Shown in pieces: positions 9,755-19,535 of a DNA stretch of 64,000 nt. The notes below the pieces were generated by a model. The model ran no database searches. It was not told the origin of the DNA and saw nothing but the letters and a program-made list of their open reading frames with translations. Every line of letters starts with the position of its first letter. Within the stretch, counting starts at the first letter, position 1. Origin of the DNA: Deinococcales bacterium (GTDB lineage: Bacteria > Deinococcota > Deinococci > Deinococcales > Trueperaceae). The stretch spans positions 21,045 through 85,044 of the forward strand of contig JARRMM010000005.1 in NCBI GenBank assembly GCA_037386005.1, in the 5' to 3' direction. The translations under genes and the position numbers were made by a program.

Positions 9755-10551
9755 CGAAGCGTCGTCACCCGCTCCATGAGGCGCTGGACGCGTTCCCGGT
9801 CGACCGGATTCCAGGTGACGCCGCCCACCTTCAAGCTGGTCCCCACGATCGCGGCATCGGCAACGGCCAGGATGTCGGTCACGTTCTCGAGACGCACGCC
9901 GGTGTTGGCGATGACGGGCACGTCGGGAAGGGCCTCCTTGACCTCGTCCAGCTGCGCGAGGCCCACGCTCTCACCGGTCATGGGCCCGGAGACGCAGACC
10001 GCGTCGGCCAGGCTCGCGAACACCGCGCTGCGGGCCTTCGCAGCCAGGCTGCGTTCGCCCAGGGGGGCCGCGAACTCGGCGTTGATGTTGTAGAACAGCA
10101 GAGCCCGCGCGTCGAGGGCCGCCTTGAGGCGGAGCGCGGCTGCGGCGTCGGGCTCCCACAGGCCCATGTCGGAGTCGTAGACCCCGGTGAAGACCTCGCG
10201 CACGAAGCTCGCGCCGGTGGCATGGGCGAGCGCGATGGAGGCAGGCGGATCCCACAGGTAGTCGACCCCGAAGGGAACGGTGACCCGTCCACGGAGCTCC
10301 GCGACCACCGCCGCCATGGCCGCCAGGCTCTCGGGTGCGGCACGGGTCAGGTAGGGCCGGTCGCCCTCGTTGCCGAACATCACCGCGTCCACCCCGCCCC
10401 CCTGCAGCGCCTCGAGGTCGGCGGCGACAGCGTCCACGATCGCACGCATGCCGCCCTGCCGGTCGTAGAGCGGGCTACCCGGGAGGGGCGGAAGGTGGGC
10501 CATGGCGATGATGGGCTTGGCGACGCCGAACAGACTCCGGAACGCTTCCAT
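9751..10551 (-). CDS. BtpA/SgcQ family TIM-barrel protein
   Basis: ..PIIAMAHLPPLPGSPLY..GGVDAVMFGNEGDRPY.. matches the BtpA family pattern. 4-nt overlap with the downstream kinase gene. Confidence 0.75.
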   Translation of the reverse strand: MEAFRSLFGVAKPIIAMAHLPPLPGSPLYDRQGGMRAIVDAVAADLEALQGGGVDAVMFGNEGDRPYLTRAAPESLAAMAAVVAELRGRVTVPFGVDYLWDPPASIALAHATGASFVREVFTGVYDSDMGLWEPDAAAALRLKAALDARALLFYNINAEFAAPLGERSLAAKARSAVFASLADAVCVSGPMTGESVGLAQLDEVKEALPDVPVIANTGVRLENVTDILAVADAAIVGTSLKVGGVTWNPVDRERVQRLMERVTTLR

Positions 10552-10784
10552 GGTGCCGCCCTCGTTTCGGTGCCCCCGCGCACGGGCTCGGGGGAGGAGA
10601 CGCCTTCGACAGGGGCACCGCAGGGCGTGGCGCTCGACGCGCGGGCCCGGCGGCCCTCTCTCATCGGCTGAAGTGTCCCATGACTAGCAGAGCCGGGCCG
10701 CCCGTTCCAGAGGTGATTGTCCCGGTCTGGCGGGCCTCCGGCAGGTCGAGCGTGCGCCCGGCTGGGGTGGTGGGTGCGAGGGTC

Positions 10785-11435
10785 CTAGCCCTGGGCTTCC
10801 GCCTCCGACGTGAGACGGTAGGCCGTGTCGAGCTCCTCGGGCCCGCGGATCACGAAGCCGAGATCGCGCAGCCGCCCGTCGTGGAGCCCGTAGATCCAGG
10901 CGCGCACGGAAAGCGCTTGGCCGCGCGCCCAGGCCTCCTGCACGATGCTGGTGGTGCACACGTTGCGGGTCTGCTCGATGGCGTTGAGCTCGGCGAGCTT
11001 GTCCGCGCGAGCCTTCCCCTCGGGGAGGGTCGACAGCGCGCTCTCGTGCTTGGCGGCCACGTCCTTGATGTGGCGCAGCCAGTTGTCGATGAGCCCGTGT
11101 CCGTGGTGGTCGAGCGCGGCCTGGACGCCGCCGCAGCCGTAGTGACCGCACACGATGATGTGCTCGACGCGGAGCACCGAGACGGCGTACTCGAGCACCG
11201 TGAGGGCGTTGAGGGCGGAGTGCGCGAAGACGTTCGCGACGTTGCGGTGGACGAACACCTCCCCCGGGTCGAGGCCCGCGATGACGTTGGCGGGCACGCG
11301 GGAGTCGGCGCAGCCGATCCACAGGTAGCGGGGGGTCTGCTGGGCGGCGAGCCGCGGGAAGAAGCCGGCGTCCTCGCCGGCTACGCGTTCGGCCCAGGCG
11401 CGGTTGCGTTCGAGCAGTTCGGCGGGATCGCTCAC
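10785..11435 (-). CDS. Beta-class carbonic anhydrase
   Basis: Zinc ligand motifs CADSRV and HYGCGG; ~216 aa. Confidence 0.9.
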   Translation of the reverse strand: MSDPAELLERNRAWAERVAGEDAGFFPRLAAQQTPRYLWIGCADSRVPANVIAGLDPGEVFVHRNVANVFAHSALNALTVLEYAVSVLRVEHIIVCGHYGCGGVQAALDHHGHGLIDNWLRHIKDVAAKHESALSTLPEGKARADKLAELNAIEQTRNVCTTSIVQEAWARGQALSVRAWIYGLHDGRLRDLGFVIRGPEELDTAYRLTSEAEAQG

Positions 11436-11460
11436 GGCCCGATGATACGGTGTCCGGCCT

Positions 11461-12426
11461 CTAGCCTGCGCTGTCGCTCTTGCCGATGGTGCCCCCGAGC
11501 GCGCGGTGGCCCTGCCCGACCACCAGGAAGCCGTTGTGGTCGACCTCCCGCACGATGCGGGTGAGCTCGCGCACCTCGGTCCGGTTGATGGTGCAGAACA
11601 GCACCGTGCGCTCGCCGCGGCTGTACATGCCCTCCCCGCTCCAGGCGGTGACGCCCGTGTGCATCCGCATCTGCAGGGCGGCGGCGACGTTCTCCGGCTG
11701 GTCGGTGACGATGAAGACGGTGCGCACGATGGACGGCCCCTCGGTAGCGTAGTCGGTGGCGAGGCCGTTGATGAACAGCGCGACCAGCGAGTACAGGGCG
11801 CGCTCCCAGCCGAACACGGCGCCCATCAGCACCACGATGAGGCCGTCGGTCAGCATGTACACCTGACCCATGGGGATGCCCGTCCGGCGCTGCAGCACGC
11901 GGCCGAGGATGCCGGTACCGCCGATGTTGCCGTGCGCGCGGATGACCAGGCCGCCCGCGATGCCGGTGACCGCGCCGCCGTAGAGCGAGTTGAGCAGCGC
12001 GTCGTGGCTGGCGCCGGCGTGCGGGAGGTAGGGGGCGAGCGCGTCGATGCCGATGAAGACCACCGTGACGACGTAGAGCGTGCGGGCCAGGAAGGGCGGG
12101 CCCCCGAGCTGCACGGCGCCCAGCAACAGCAGCGGGATGTTGAGCGCGAACAGCACGACGCCGTTGGGGAGCGGAACGAAGTGCGTGAACACCAGCGTCA
12201 GGCCGCCGATCCCGCCGGGGGCCACGTTGCTCGGGACCAGGAAGAGATCGAAGGCGGCGGCGTAGAGCAGCGCGCCCGCCGTCAGCAGGACGAGGTTCAC
12301 GCCCTCGCGTCGGAACAGGGTGAGAAGCGCCTGCCAGGTCCGCGCCGCAAGGCTGGCGGCGGTGTACGGGGCCGGGCCGCCGGGTTCACCGGCTTGGATG
12401 CTGAGGCTCTCGGGATCCCGTGGCAT
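11461..12426 (-). CDS. YitT family membrane protein (DUF2179 C-terminal domain), copy 1
   Basis: ..LLTAGALLYAAAFDLFLVPSNVAPGGIGGLTL.. and C-terminal ..FLVVGQGHRALGGTIGKSDSAG. ATG 12426 lies 6 nt after GGAGG. Confidence 0.85.
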   Translation of the reverse strand: MPRDPESLSIQAGEPGGPAPYTAASLAARTWQALLTLFRREGVNLVLLTAGALLYAAAFDLFLVPSNVAPGGIGGLTLVFTHFVPLPNGVVLFALNIPLLLLGAVQLGGPPFLARTLYVVTVVFIGIDALAPYLPHAGASHDALLNSLYGGAVTGIAGGLVIRAHGNIGGTGILGRVLQRRTGIPMGQVYMLTDGLIVVLMGAVFGWERALYSLVALFINGLATDYATEGPSIVRTVFIVTDQPENVAAALQMRMHTGVTAWSGEGMYSRGERTVLFCTINRTEVRELTRIVREVDHNGFLVVGQGHRALGGTIGKSDSAG

Positions 12427-12591
12427 GGTCATCCTCCGGGTCGACGAGCACCGGGCTCCGCTCGGCGGCGGGCGCTGCCGGCACTCGCGCCGCCACGCTA
12501 CCGCACCGCCTCGGCCCGCCGCTACGGGTCGGCCGGCCCGCGCGACGAACGTCGCTCCTGCCGTCACCTCCCGGTGGGGTGGCGGTCGCGC

Positions 12592-13326
12592 TCAGGCCCG
12601 GCCGGAGGACGGCGGCGGCCGCCGCTCCTGGTCCAGCTCCGCCATCAGGTCGAGCTGGAGCTGCTGGATCTCCAGCAGCCTTCCCCATGCGTGCTGGAGC
12701 AGGTGGTCGAGCTTCTCGTGGAGCAGTCGCACCTCGAGCTCCGCCTTGAGGTTCGTGCGGAAGTCGTACTCCGCGCGCATGCGGTCCTTGGCCTCCTGCC
12801 GGTTCTGGCTCATCAGGATGACGGGGGCCTGGATGGCGGCCAGGCACGACAGCACCAGGTTCAGCAGGATGAACGGGTAGGGGTCGAACGGGTGACGGAG
12901 CAGCTGGCTGGCGTTGACCCCGATCCACAGGGCCAGGACCGCGAGGAACCCCACGATGAAGGTCCAGGAGCCGCCGAAGTCGGCGATGGCGTCGGCGATG
13001 CGCTGTCCGGTCCGGCGCTCGGAATCGAAGGTCTCGTTGACGTTCTCGCTGAGGAGGTCCTCGGTCCGGAAGGCCTGCACGACCTGGGTCTCCATCCGGT
13101 CGAGCTCGCCCCGGTCCGCCTCCAGCATGGTGCGGACGTACTCGGCCCGGTACTGAGCGAGATCATCCCTGCAGATGACGTCGGCATCTCGCCAGCCGGG
13201 GTGGTCGCGACGTACGGCCTCACGTACGCCAGGTCGCACGAGGGCGGCGGGGACGAGCTCGGAACGCGGGAGCGTGCGGCCGCAGACGGGGCAGGTCGCC
13301 GTCGCGGGGGAGGGGGCGTGGTCCAT
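12592..13326 (-). CDS. DUF1003 domain membrane protein
   Basis: ..RIADAIADFGGSWTFIVGF..DPYPFILLNLVLSCLAAIQAPVILMSQNRQ.. is the DUF1003 core; N-terminal CPVCG zinc-ribbon-like motif. Confidence 0.85.
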   Translation of the reverse strand: MDHAPSPATATCPVCGRTLPRSELVPAALVRPGVREAVRRDHPGWRDADVICRDDLAQYRAEYVRTMLEADRGELDRMETQVVQAFRTEDLLSENVNETFDSERRTGQRIADAIADFGGSWTFIVGFLAVLALWIGVNASQLLRHPFDPYPFILLNLVLSCLAAIQAPVILMSQNRQEAKDRMRAEYDFRTNLKAELEVRLLHEKLDHLLQHAWGRLLEIQQLQLDLMAELDQERRPPPSSGRA

Positions 13327-13390
13327 GCCGCATGCTACGCGTGGCGGTCGCTCCGGGGCGCGTCAGCCGATCGGTTCGCGTTCGCGCCGC

Positions 13391-13870
13391 TCAGCGCGGC
13401 GTGCCGAAGTCGAGCGTCCAGTAGGTGCCCGCGACGCCCGTGCCCAGGTCCGTGAAGTGCGAGTTCATGATGTTGGCGCAGTGCCCGGGGCTCTTCAGCC
13501 AGGCGGCCATCACCGTCTCGGGGCTGGTGAATCCGTAGGCGATGTCTTCGCCGGCCCAGCTGTAGGCGTACCCCTGGGCCTCGAGGCGCTGGCCCAGGCT
13601 GCTGCCGTTCGAGCCGGTGTGCGAGAAGAAGTCGTTCGTCTCCATGTCCTGGCTGTGGAGCTGGGCCGCACGCGTCAGTCGTCCGTCGAGCGCCAGGGGC
13701 GGCGCCGCGCCGTAGGGGGTGGTGCCGCAGCTGCGCGCGCTGCTGCGGGCCTGGTTGACCAGGCCGAGCAGCGTCGCGGCCTGGGGTGGCGGCGCCACCG
13801 TGCCACAGCCGGCCAGCAACAAGCTGCCGGCGAGCAGGAGGACCCCCAGGAGCGACCACGATCGGAGCAT
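13391..13870 (-). CDS. CAP/SCP (PR-1-like) domain lipoprotein
   Basis: MLRSWSLLGVLLLAGSLLLAGC lipobox, then ..AAQLHSQDMETNDFFSHTGSNGSS..WLKSPGHCANIMN.. CAP motifs. Start uncertain (13870 or 13927). Confidence 0.8.
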   Translation of the reverse strand: MLRSWSLLGVLLLAGSLLLAGCGTVAPPPQAATLLGLVNQARSSARSCGTTPYGAAPPLALDGRLTRAAQLHSQDMETNDFFSHTGSNGSSLGQRLEAQGYAYSWAGEDIAYGFTSPETVMAAWLKSPGHCANIMNSHFTDLGTGVAGTYWTLDFGTPR

Positions 13871-14032
13871 GCGCCGATGGTACGGGGTGCCCTGCGAGGG
13901 CTGGATGAGGTGGGCCACTCGTGGCACCGAGCGCGGCGCGGCCGCGCGTCACGGTGGCGCGATCCGGTGGCGGCTTGTGAACGGCCTCGCCGGCTCACCG
14001 TTCCGGCCGTTGCGCTCGCACTCAGTCCGTGG

Positions 14033-14329
14033 TCACTCCACGGTACGCAGGATCTCGCGGTAGCCGTGCCGTACCAGCGGCACGAAGCGAGCGTAGAGCC
14101 GCTGCCACTCGTCGTTCTGGGTGAGCGTGGCCATGCCGCTCTCGTACGCGGCCAGGCTCTCGGCGGTGGTCTCGAGGACCATGGTGTAGTACTCGCCGAC
14201 CAGGTCGGTGAGCACGCGCGCTCCCGGCATGCCGAGCCGCTCGAGCAGCGGCCGCATCTCGCGCATGGCGGCCTGGGCGTCGCGAGCCTTCCCGAACTCC
14301 AGCTTGAACACGTCCCGGATCACGATCAT
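14033..14329 (-). CDS. Small alpha+beta barrel protein (NIPSNAP/Dabb-like)
   Basis: 98 aa, MIVIRDVFKLEFGKARDAQAAMREMRPLLERLG..; SD GAGGAAGAA before ATG 14329. The track ORF extension to 14560 looks out of character. Family call is tentative. Confidence 0.5.
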   Translation of the reverse strand: MIVIRDVFKLEFGKARDAQAAMREMRPLLERLGMPGARVLTDLVGEYYTMVLETTAESLAAYESGMATLTQNDEWQRLYARFVPLVRHGYREILRTVE

Positions 14330-14565
14330 GGTTCTTCCTCCGTAGCGCTGGCGCGGGTGCTCCGTCGCGCGCTCGGGCGCGGACGTGGCGGTGGCCACAC
14401 ACCCGCGGGTGCGGCCCGGCCGCCCCACCGGGCGCCATCGAGGAGCGTGCGTCGAGGTGCGTCGGCGTAGGGGGGAGCGTTCGGTGCGAAGGTCCGGCGG
14501 GACTCGATGATGCGCGGGTGAAGCGGCCGCGTCAAGGGCACGTGCCGGTCGCGGCCGCATCCTGC

Positions 14566-15519
14566 TCAGCCGGCGCTGTCGCTCTTGCCGATGGTGCCGC
14601 CGAGCGCCTTGTGGCCCTGCCCCACCACCAGGAAGCCGTGGTGGTCGGTCTCGCGGACCACGCGCGTGACCTCCCGGACCTCCGCGCGGTTGACGGTGCA
14701 GAACAACACCGTACGCTCGCCACGCCGGTACATGCCTTCGCCGCGCCAGGCCGTCACGCCGCTCCGCAGGCGCTGCTGCAGGGCGCCGGCGACCTCGCTG
14801 GGGCGGTCGGTGACGATGAAGACGGTGCGGACCAGCGAGGGCCCCTCGGTCGCGTAGTCGGTCGCCAGGCCGTTGACGAAGAGCGCCACCAGCGAGTACA
14901 GGGCTCGCTCCCAGCCGAACACGGCGCCCAGGAGCAGGACGATGGCGCCATCGGTCAGCAGGTAGACCTGGCCCATCGGGATGCCGGTGCGTCGTTGCAG
15001 GACCCGGCTGAGGATGCCGGTGCCGCCGATGTTGCCGCGGGCCCGGATGACCAGGCCGGCCGCGACGCCGGTGACAGCGCCTCCGTAGAGGGCGTTGAGC
15101 AGCGGGTCGGGACTGGCGCCGCTGTCGGGCAGGAACGGTGCGAAGGCGTCGATCGCGATGACGGTCACGCCGATCACGTAGACCGTGCGAGCGAAGAAGC
15201 GGGCGCCGCCGAGTTGCCAGGCGCCGAGCAGCAGCAGCGGGATGTTCAGCACGAACAGGACGAGGCCGTCGGGCAGCGGCAGCCAGTGCGTCACGACCAG
15301 CGTGAGGCCGGTCAGGCCGCCGGGCGCCACGTGGCCGGGTGCGAGGAAGAGGTCGAACGCGAGCGCGTTGACCAGCGCGCCTGCCGTCAACAGCGCGGCG
15401 TTGACGCCTTCACGGCGGATGAACCCCGCGAGGCCGTGCCCGAGCTGCAGGCGCGCGCGATCCACATGGCGGCGTGCCGGCCGCCAAGGCACACGTCGGT
15501 GGTCGGTGTCGTGCCGCAT
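14566..15519 (-). CDS. YitT family membrane protein (DUF2179), copy 2
   Basis: Collinear with copy 1 throughout and has the same C-terminus ..GGTIGKSDSAG. ATG 15519 lies 6 nt after AGGGAGGG. Confidence 0.85.
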   Translation of the reverse strand: MRHDTDHRRVPWRPARRHVDRARLQLGHGLAGFIRREGVNAALLTAGALVNALAFDLFLAPGHVAPGGLTGLTLVVTHWLPLPDGLVLFVLNIPLLLLGAWQLGGARFFARTVYVIGVTVIAIDAFAPFLPDSGASPDPLLNALYGGAVTGVAAGLVIRARGNIGGTGILSRVLQRRTGIPMGQVYLLTDGAIVLLLGAVFGWERALYSLVALFVNGLATDYATEGPSLVRTVFIVTDRPSEVAGALQQRLRSGVTAWRGEGMYRRGERTVLFCTVNRAEVREVTRVVRETDHHGFLVVGQGHKALGGTIGKSDSAG

Positions 15520-15744
15520 GGGCAACCCTCCCTGGCATGGCGTCGCCGCCGCGTGCCTACCCCCGGTCCCGGGCGATGCTGCGCGGCGGCGCGATCCGGA
15601 CGGCGGTGGCCGTCCGGTCCCCCACCGTGCCATGGCACGCAGGAGCTGGCGGTGGGCCGACGGACATGCTGTGGGGTGGTGCCGCACGCCTGGGAGGGGC
15701 GACGGGTCTTCGGCGGCCGCGCGGTCCCCGGCCGTGCCGCGCCG

Positions 15745-16158
15745 CTACACGAGGTCGACCAGCGACGCCGTCCAGAACAGGAGCATCACCAGGAACAGCG
15801 CCCGCATGGCGTTGGAGGAGGAGAACGGCCCGCTGCGGGGCCGCGAGGAGTACTGGCGGAAGCCGAGCCGCGCCTCGAGCTCGGCCGCGCGCCGCACGAA
15901 AGAGTACCAGTAGAGCATGGTGCGCTCCTGGAGCACCCAGTAGACGAGCGTGGTCAGCAGGCCGGCGAGCTCGATGGCGATGGCCGTCCGCCCCGTCGGG
16001 GGTGCGCCCCGGCCGAGCAGGACGTTCAGGAGGCCCGCCGTCAGGGCGATGTAGATGGTGAGCTGCGCGAAGCGGAGCGTGGACCAGTGGCGCACGTTGC
16101 TGCTGGCGTCGAGGTACTCGTCCCGCGGATTGCCCTGGTCCACCGTTGCGTCGTGCAC
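15745..16158 (-). CDS. Hypothetical membrane protein
   Basis: About 3 TM segments (..FAQLTIYIALTAGLLNVLLG.., ..IAIELAGLLTTLVYWVL.., ..LFLVMLLFWTASLV). GTG 16158 is preceded by GGGAGGG. Confidence 0.5.
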   Translation of the reverse strand: MHDATVDQGNPRDEYLDASSNVRHWSTLRFAQLTIYIALTAGLLNVLLGRGAPPTGRTAIAIELAGLLTTLVYWVLQERTMLYWYSFVRRAAELEARLGFRQYSSRPRSGPFSSSNAMRALFLVMLLFWTASLVDLV

Positions 16159-16225
16159 CTCGCCCTCCCGGCGTCCCTGTCGGGCGCTGGACGTCACGCC
16201 GCGCAGGCAGCGCGGCGCCGTGCGG

Positions 16226-16693
16226 TTACGGCTGGCTCCGTGCGCCGCACCGCGGCGCGTGCTCGAGCTCGCGCTTGAGTCGCCGCAGGCTGTCCGCCAT
16301 GCGCCGCTGGAACAGCGTCGAGGCGAGCACCGGCGGGACGGCCCGCGAACGATCGAGGTCGACGCCATCCCGGCTGGCGTCGACGTCGACGCGGGTCCCC
16401 TGGCGCGTAGGCGCGAGGCGGAAGCGGTAGGCGAAGGGGTTGGGGCCGGGTTGGCTCTCGATGGTGAAGCGCCGCTCGGGATCGAACTCGGTGACGCTCA
16501 CTCGATTCTCCACGTGCCCGGCGGGGAGCGAGCGTTCGACCCGGTAGGTCGCCCCGGTACGGTTGTCACCGCCGGTGATCTTCTCGACCGATTCGATGGC
16601 GTGGTGCCAGCGCGGGAGACGGACGGGGTCGGAGATGTAGGCGAAGACCTCCTGGCTCGGTCGGTGGATCTCGATGGTCAGATGGATGGCCAT
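16226..16693 (-). CDS. SRPBCC (polyketide cyclase/dehydrase-like) family protein
   Basis: MAIHLTIEIHRPSQEVFAYISDPVRLPRWH.. is the typical SRPBCC N-terminus. Confidence 0.75.
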   Translation of the reverse strand: MAIHLTIEIHRPSQEVFAYISDPVRLPRWHHAIESVEKITGGDNRTGATYRVERSLPAGHVENRVSVTEFDPERRFTIESQPGPNPFAYRFRLAPTRQGTRVDVDASRDGVDLDRSRAVPPVLASTLFQRRMADSLRRLKRELEHAPRCGARSQP

Positions 16694-16859
16694 GACGACC
16701 TCCCTGGCTTGCGGTGCGGGCCCGCGGCGCACGGCGGGCGCCGGGACGGCGCGGCGCGCTCCTGCGGGTTCGGCCCTAGCCTAGCGGGGTCTGGCGAGGG
16801 CCGCGCAGCGCAGCGCACACGTTGCCGACCATGCGTGCGCATGTGCCGTCACGCACGCT

Positions 16860-18707
16860 TCAGCCGGCGAGGAGCCTGGCCAGGTAGACGGCGGCGGCGG
16901 CGTCCCATGCCTGCGGCCGGCAGGCGACCGGGTACGGCACGGGTGGAGCCTGGCGCCGCGGGTAGCCGGCCACCAGCTCCGGGAGGCGCCGGTCGGGCTG
17001 GCCGTCCGCCAGCTCGAGCACGGCTCGAGCCACCCGCCTCGCTTCATCGTGGAAGCCGTAGCGCTCGAGGCCGGCAGCGATCAGGGCGGTGTCGTGAGGC
17101 CACACCGAGCCGTTGTGGTAGCTCACCGGGTTGTAACGGCGCTCGCGCGCCCCGAGGGTCCGGAAGCCCCAGCCGCTGAAGCTGTCGTCGTCGAACAGGG
17201 TGGTGACCAGCCGGTCTGCTGCCTCGGTGGGGACGATCCCCGTCCAGAGGAGCTGTCCCGCATCCGAGCTCTTGACGGCCAGTGGCCGCTTGGCGCCGTC
17301 GAGAGCCATGGCGTAGGTGCCGAGGTCGTCGAGCCAGAACGCGGCGTGGAAGCGCTCCTTGAGCCGCTGCGCCCGGTCGCGCCAGCGGCCCGCCTCGTCA
17401 CCGTTGCCGAGCCGGCGGTGGAAGTCGGCGGCGGCGCGGAAGGCGGCGTAGGCGTAGCCCTGGACCTCGCTCACGGCGATGGCCCCGGTCGCCAGGCTGC
17501 CGTCGGCGTGTGCCATGGAGTCGCCCGAGTCCTTCCAGGACTGGACGCTCAGGCCGGTGCCGGAGTGGGTCGGCGCCGAGATGAACTCGAGGAAGCCGTC
17601 GCCGTCGGGGTCGGCGGCACCCGTCATCCAGTCCAGCGCCGCCTGCCAGGCCGGCGCCAGCTCCGCGACCAGCGCGTCGGAGCCGCGAGCGCCCACCAGG
17701 GCGCCGAGCAGCATCACGAACAGGGCGGTGGCGTCGACGGTGCCGTAGTACGGCGCGTGCGGCACCTCACCCGTGCGGGCGAGCTCGCCGAAGCGCATCT
17801 CGTGCGGGATCTTGCCGGGCTGCGCGGCCCGGAAGCGGTCGTCGGCGTGGGCCTGAAGCTGGGCCAGGTAGCGCAGCGTCCCCTCGGCAACGTCGGGTCG
17901 GTAGGGCAGCAGCAGGTGGGCGGCGAGGAGCGCATCGCGCCCGAACGTGGCCACGAACCAGGGGATACCGGCGGCGAGCACGGGCCCGGCCTCCGTGAAC
18001 AGCAGCAGGCTGCGGAGGTCGTCGACGGCCTGGCGAAGGGCGGGCGTCCCGGCCCCTTCGGTCAGGTCCGCGAAGGACGCGCGCCAGGCGTCGTAGTCGG
18101 GTCCGGGGCGTTCCTCGTCGACCGGATTGTGGAGGAGGGTCTCGACCTCGACCTGCCAGCGCTCGCCCGGCTCCAGCGCCAGCGCGAAGACGGCGGTCTC
18201 ACCGTCGAAGCGCTGCGGCGGGCACGAGAAGCGCACCTCGACGCCCTGCTCGATGCCGTCGGCGGCGCGGTAGCGGTAGGCGACGCCGGTCTCGGTGACC
18301 GCCCGGGTCGGCGTCTCACGGGGATGATCGAACCAGCCGCGCACCTCGAAGAGGTCGACGAAGTCGGCGGCGAGCTCGAGCCGCAGGGTGAGCTCCTGCG
18401 GCTGCATGCTGGTGTTCTCGACGGTGACGGTATCGCTCAGCCTCTTGGCAGCGAGGGCTAGCTCACGCTCCACGCCCACCTCCTGGCCGTGCCCGCGGAG
18501 GCGGCCCCGGCGTTCGTAGAGCGTGTCGGGCCGGGGCGTGTGCAGCACCAGGGTCTGGAAGCCCTCGCCAGGATCCCACGCGTAGCGTGCCAGGAATCGC
18601 GTGTCGCGGTCGTACAGCCCCTTCTCGCCGCCGCGCACGGCGCCGTCGGCGTCGGCTACGAGGAAGCTGTAGTTCTCCTTGAGGACGATGTTGTTCTGAA
18701 AGTCCAT
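16860..18707 (-). CDS. Amylo-alpha-1,6-glucosidase / glycogen debranching enzyme-like protein
   Basis: N-terminal MDFQNNIVLKENYSFLVADADG..GLYDRDTRFLARY and C-terminal (alpha/alpha)6 motifs ..GIPWFVATFGRD.., ..YYGTVDATALF.., ..YHNGSVWPHD.. Confidence 0.85.
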   Translation of the reverse strand: MDFQNNIVLKENYSFLVADADGAVRGGEKGLYDRDTRFLARYAWDPGEGFQTLVLHTPRPDTLYERRGRLRGHGQEVGVERELALAAKRLSDTVTVENTSMQPQELTLRLELAADFVDLFEVRGWFDHPRETPTRAVTETGVAYRYRAADGIEQGVEVRFSCPPQRFDGETAVFALALEPGERWQVEVETLLHNPVDEERPGPDYDAWRASFADLTEGAGTPALRQAVDDLRSLLLFTEAGPVLAAGIPWFVATFGRDALLAAHLLLPYRPDVAEGTLRYLAQLQAHADDRFRAAQPGKIPHEMRFGELARTGEVPHAPYYGTVDATALFVMLLGALVGARGSDALVAELAPAWQAALDWMTGAADPDGDGFLEFISAPTHSGTGLSVQSWKDSGDSMAHADGSLATGAIAVSEVQGYAYAAFRAAADFHRRLGNGDEAGRWRDRAQRLKERFHAAFWLDDLGTYAMALDGAKRPLAVKSSDAGQLLWTGIVPTEAADRLVTTLFDDDSFSGWGFRTLGARERRYNPVSYHNGSVWPHDTALIAAGLERYGFHDEARRVARAVLELADGQPDRRLPELVAGYPRRQAPPVPYPVACRPQAWDAAAAVYLARLLAG

Positions 18708-18869
18708 GGCCCGGGTCCCTTCGCATGAAGCGGCAGCGCGCTGCGACGAGCACGGTAGCAGGTCGGGACGCCGCCCCGCCCCAGGCATGGTGCATCGGAT
18801 CGTCCGCCGGCCCCGTCCGTGGCCCACGGCCAGCGGCCCCGTGGCCCGGTCCAGAGTGGGATCCTAGCC

Positions 18870-19535
18870 TCAGTCGGCCGCCCGCCGGAGCGTGGCGTCC
18901 ACCTCCAGGTGGATGGGGTCGGAGACCGCCAGGATCGGACCCACGACCGGCCGCTTGAGCCCGAAGTCGTCGAAGGTGACGTCGGCCTTTGCCTTCACGG
19001 TGACGGTGTCGGCGGAGAAGTCGGCGGTCGCGTCCCAGGTCACGGACTTGGTCGTGCCGTGGACGGTGAAGTCCCCGACGATCCGGAAGCTCGCGCTGCC
19101 GCTGGTGGGCAGCGGCCAGGGGAGCCCTTCGAGCTTCGTGGGTACCAGCACGGCGTCGGGGTAGGTGTCGGTCTGCAGGGTGTTGCGCTGGATGAAGCGG
19201 TCTCGGCGGGCCGCGTCGCTGGTGAGGCCGCGCAGGTCGACGGTGAGCTTGGAGCCGTCCGAGACGCTGCCATCGGCGGCGAGGACCACCGAGCCGGAGA
19301 CCAGCTTGGTGACGCCGACGGCGTCCCGGGGTAGCGACAGGCCGACGACCTTCTCGCTGACCGTGTAGCCGGCCTGGCTCTGGTCGGTGACGACCGTATA
19401 GGTCTGGGCGCTCGCCCACACGGGCGCCAGCAGCGCCAGGCAGAGGGCGATGAGCATCAGTCGGGCGCGCCCGCGCCAGGCGTGGCGGGGCGTGGGGCGG
19501 CCGGTGGGGGTCTTCATGGGGGCGGGATGGGGCAT
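18870..19535 (-). CDS. Secreted YceI-like domain protein
   Basis: Signal peptide ..RARLMLIALCLALLAPVWASAQ, then ..LTSDAARRDRFIQRNTLQTDTYPDAVL..GDFTVHGTTKSVTW.. ATG 19535 follows AGGAGGAGGAA. Confidence 0.8.
   Translation of the reverse strand: MPHPAPMKTPTGRPTPRHAWRGRARLMLIALCLALLAPVWASAQTYTVVTDQSQAGYTVSEKVVGLSLPRDAVGVTKLVSGSVVLAADGSVSDGSKLTVDLRGLTSDAARRDRFIQRNTLQTDTYPDAVLVPTKLEGLPWPLPTSGSASFRIVGDFTVHGTTKSVTWDATADFSADTVTVKAKADVTFDDFGLKRPVVGPILAVSDPIHLEVDATLRRAAD

Noticed and set aside
11506-13455. Very long ORFs lying opposite recognisable genes, for example 11506-13455 (+, 649 aa), 19688-21631 (+), 23530-25056 (+), 36038-37705 (+), 44197-46818 (-), 54367-56721 (-), 58409-59686 (-).
   Set aside because: Their translations are Arg/Ala/Gly/Pro-rich low-complexity sequences with no recognisable motifs, and each lies antisense to a gene with clear family signatures. 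Stop-codon-poor shadow frames are expected in high-GC DNA.
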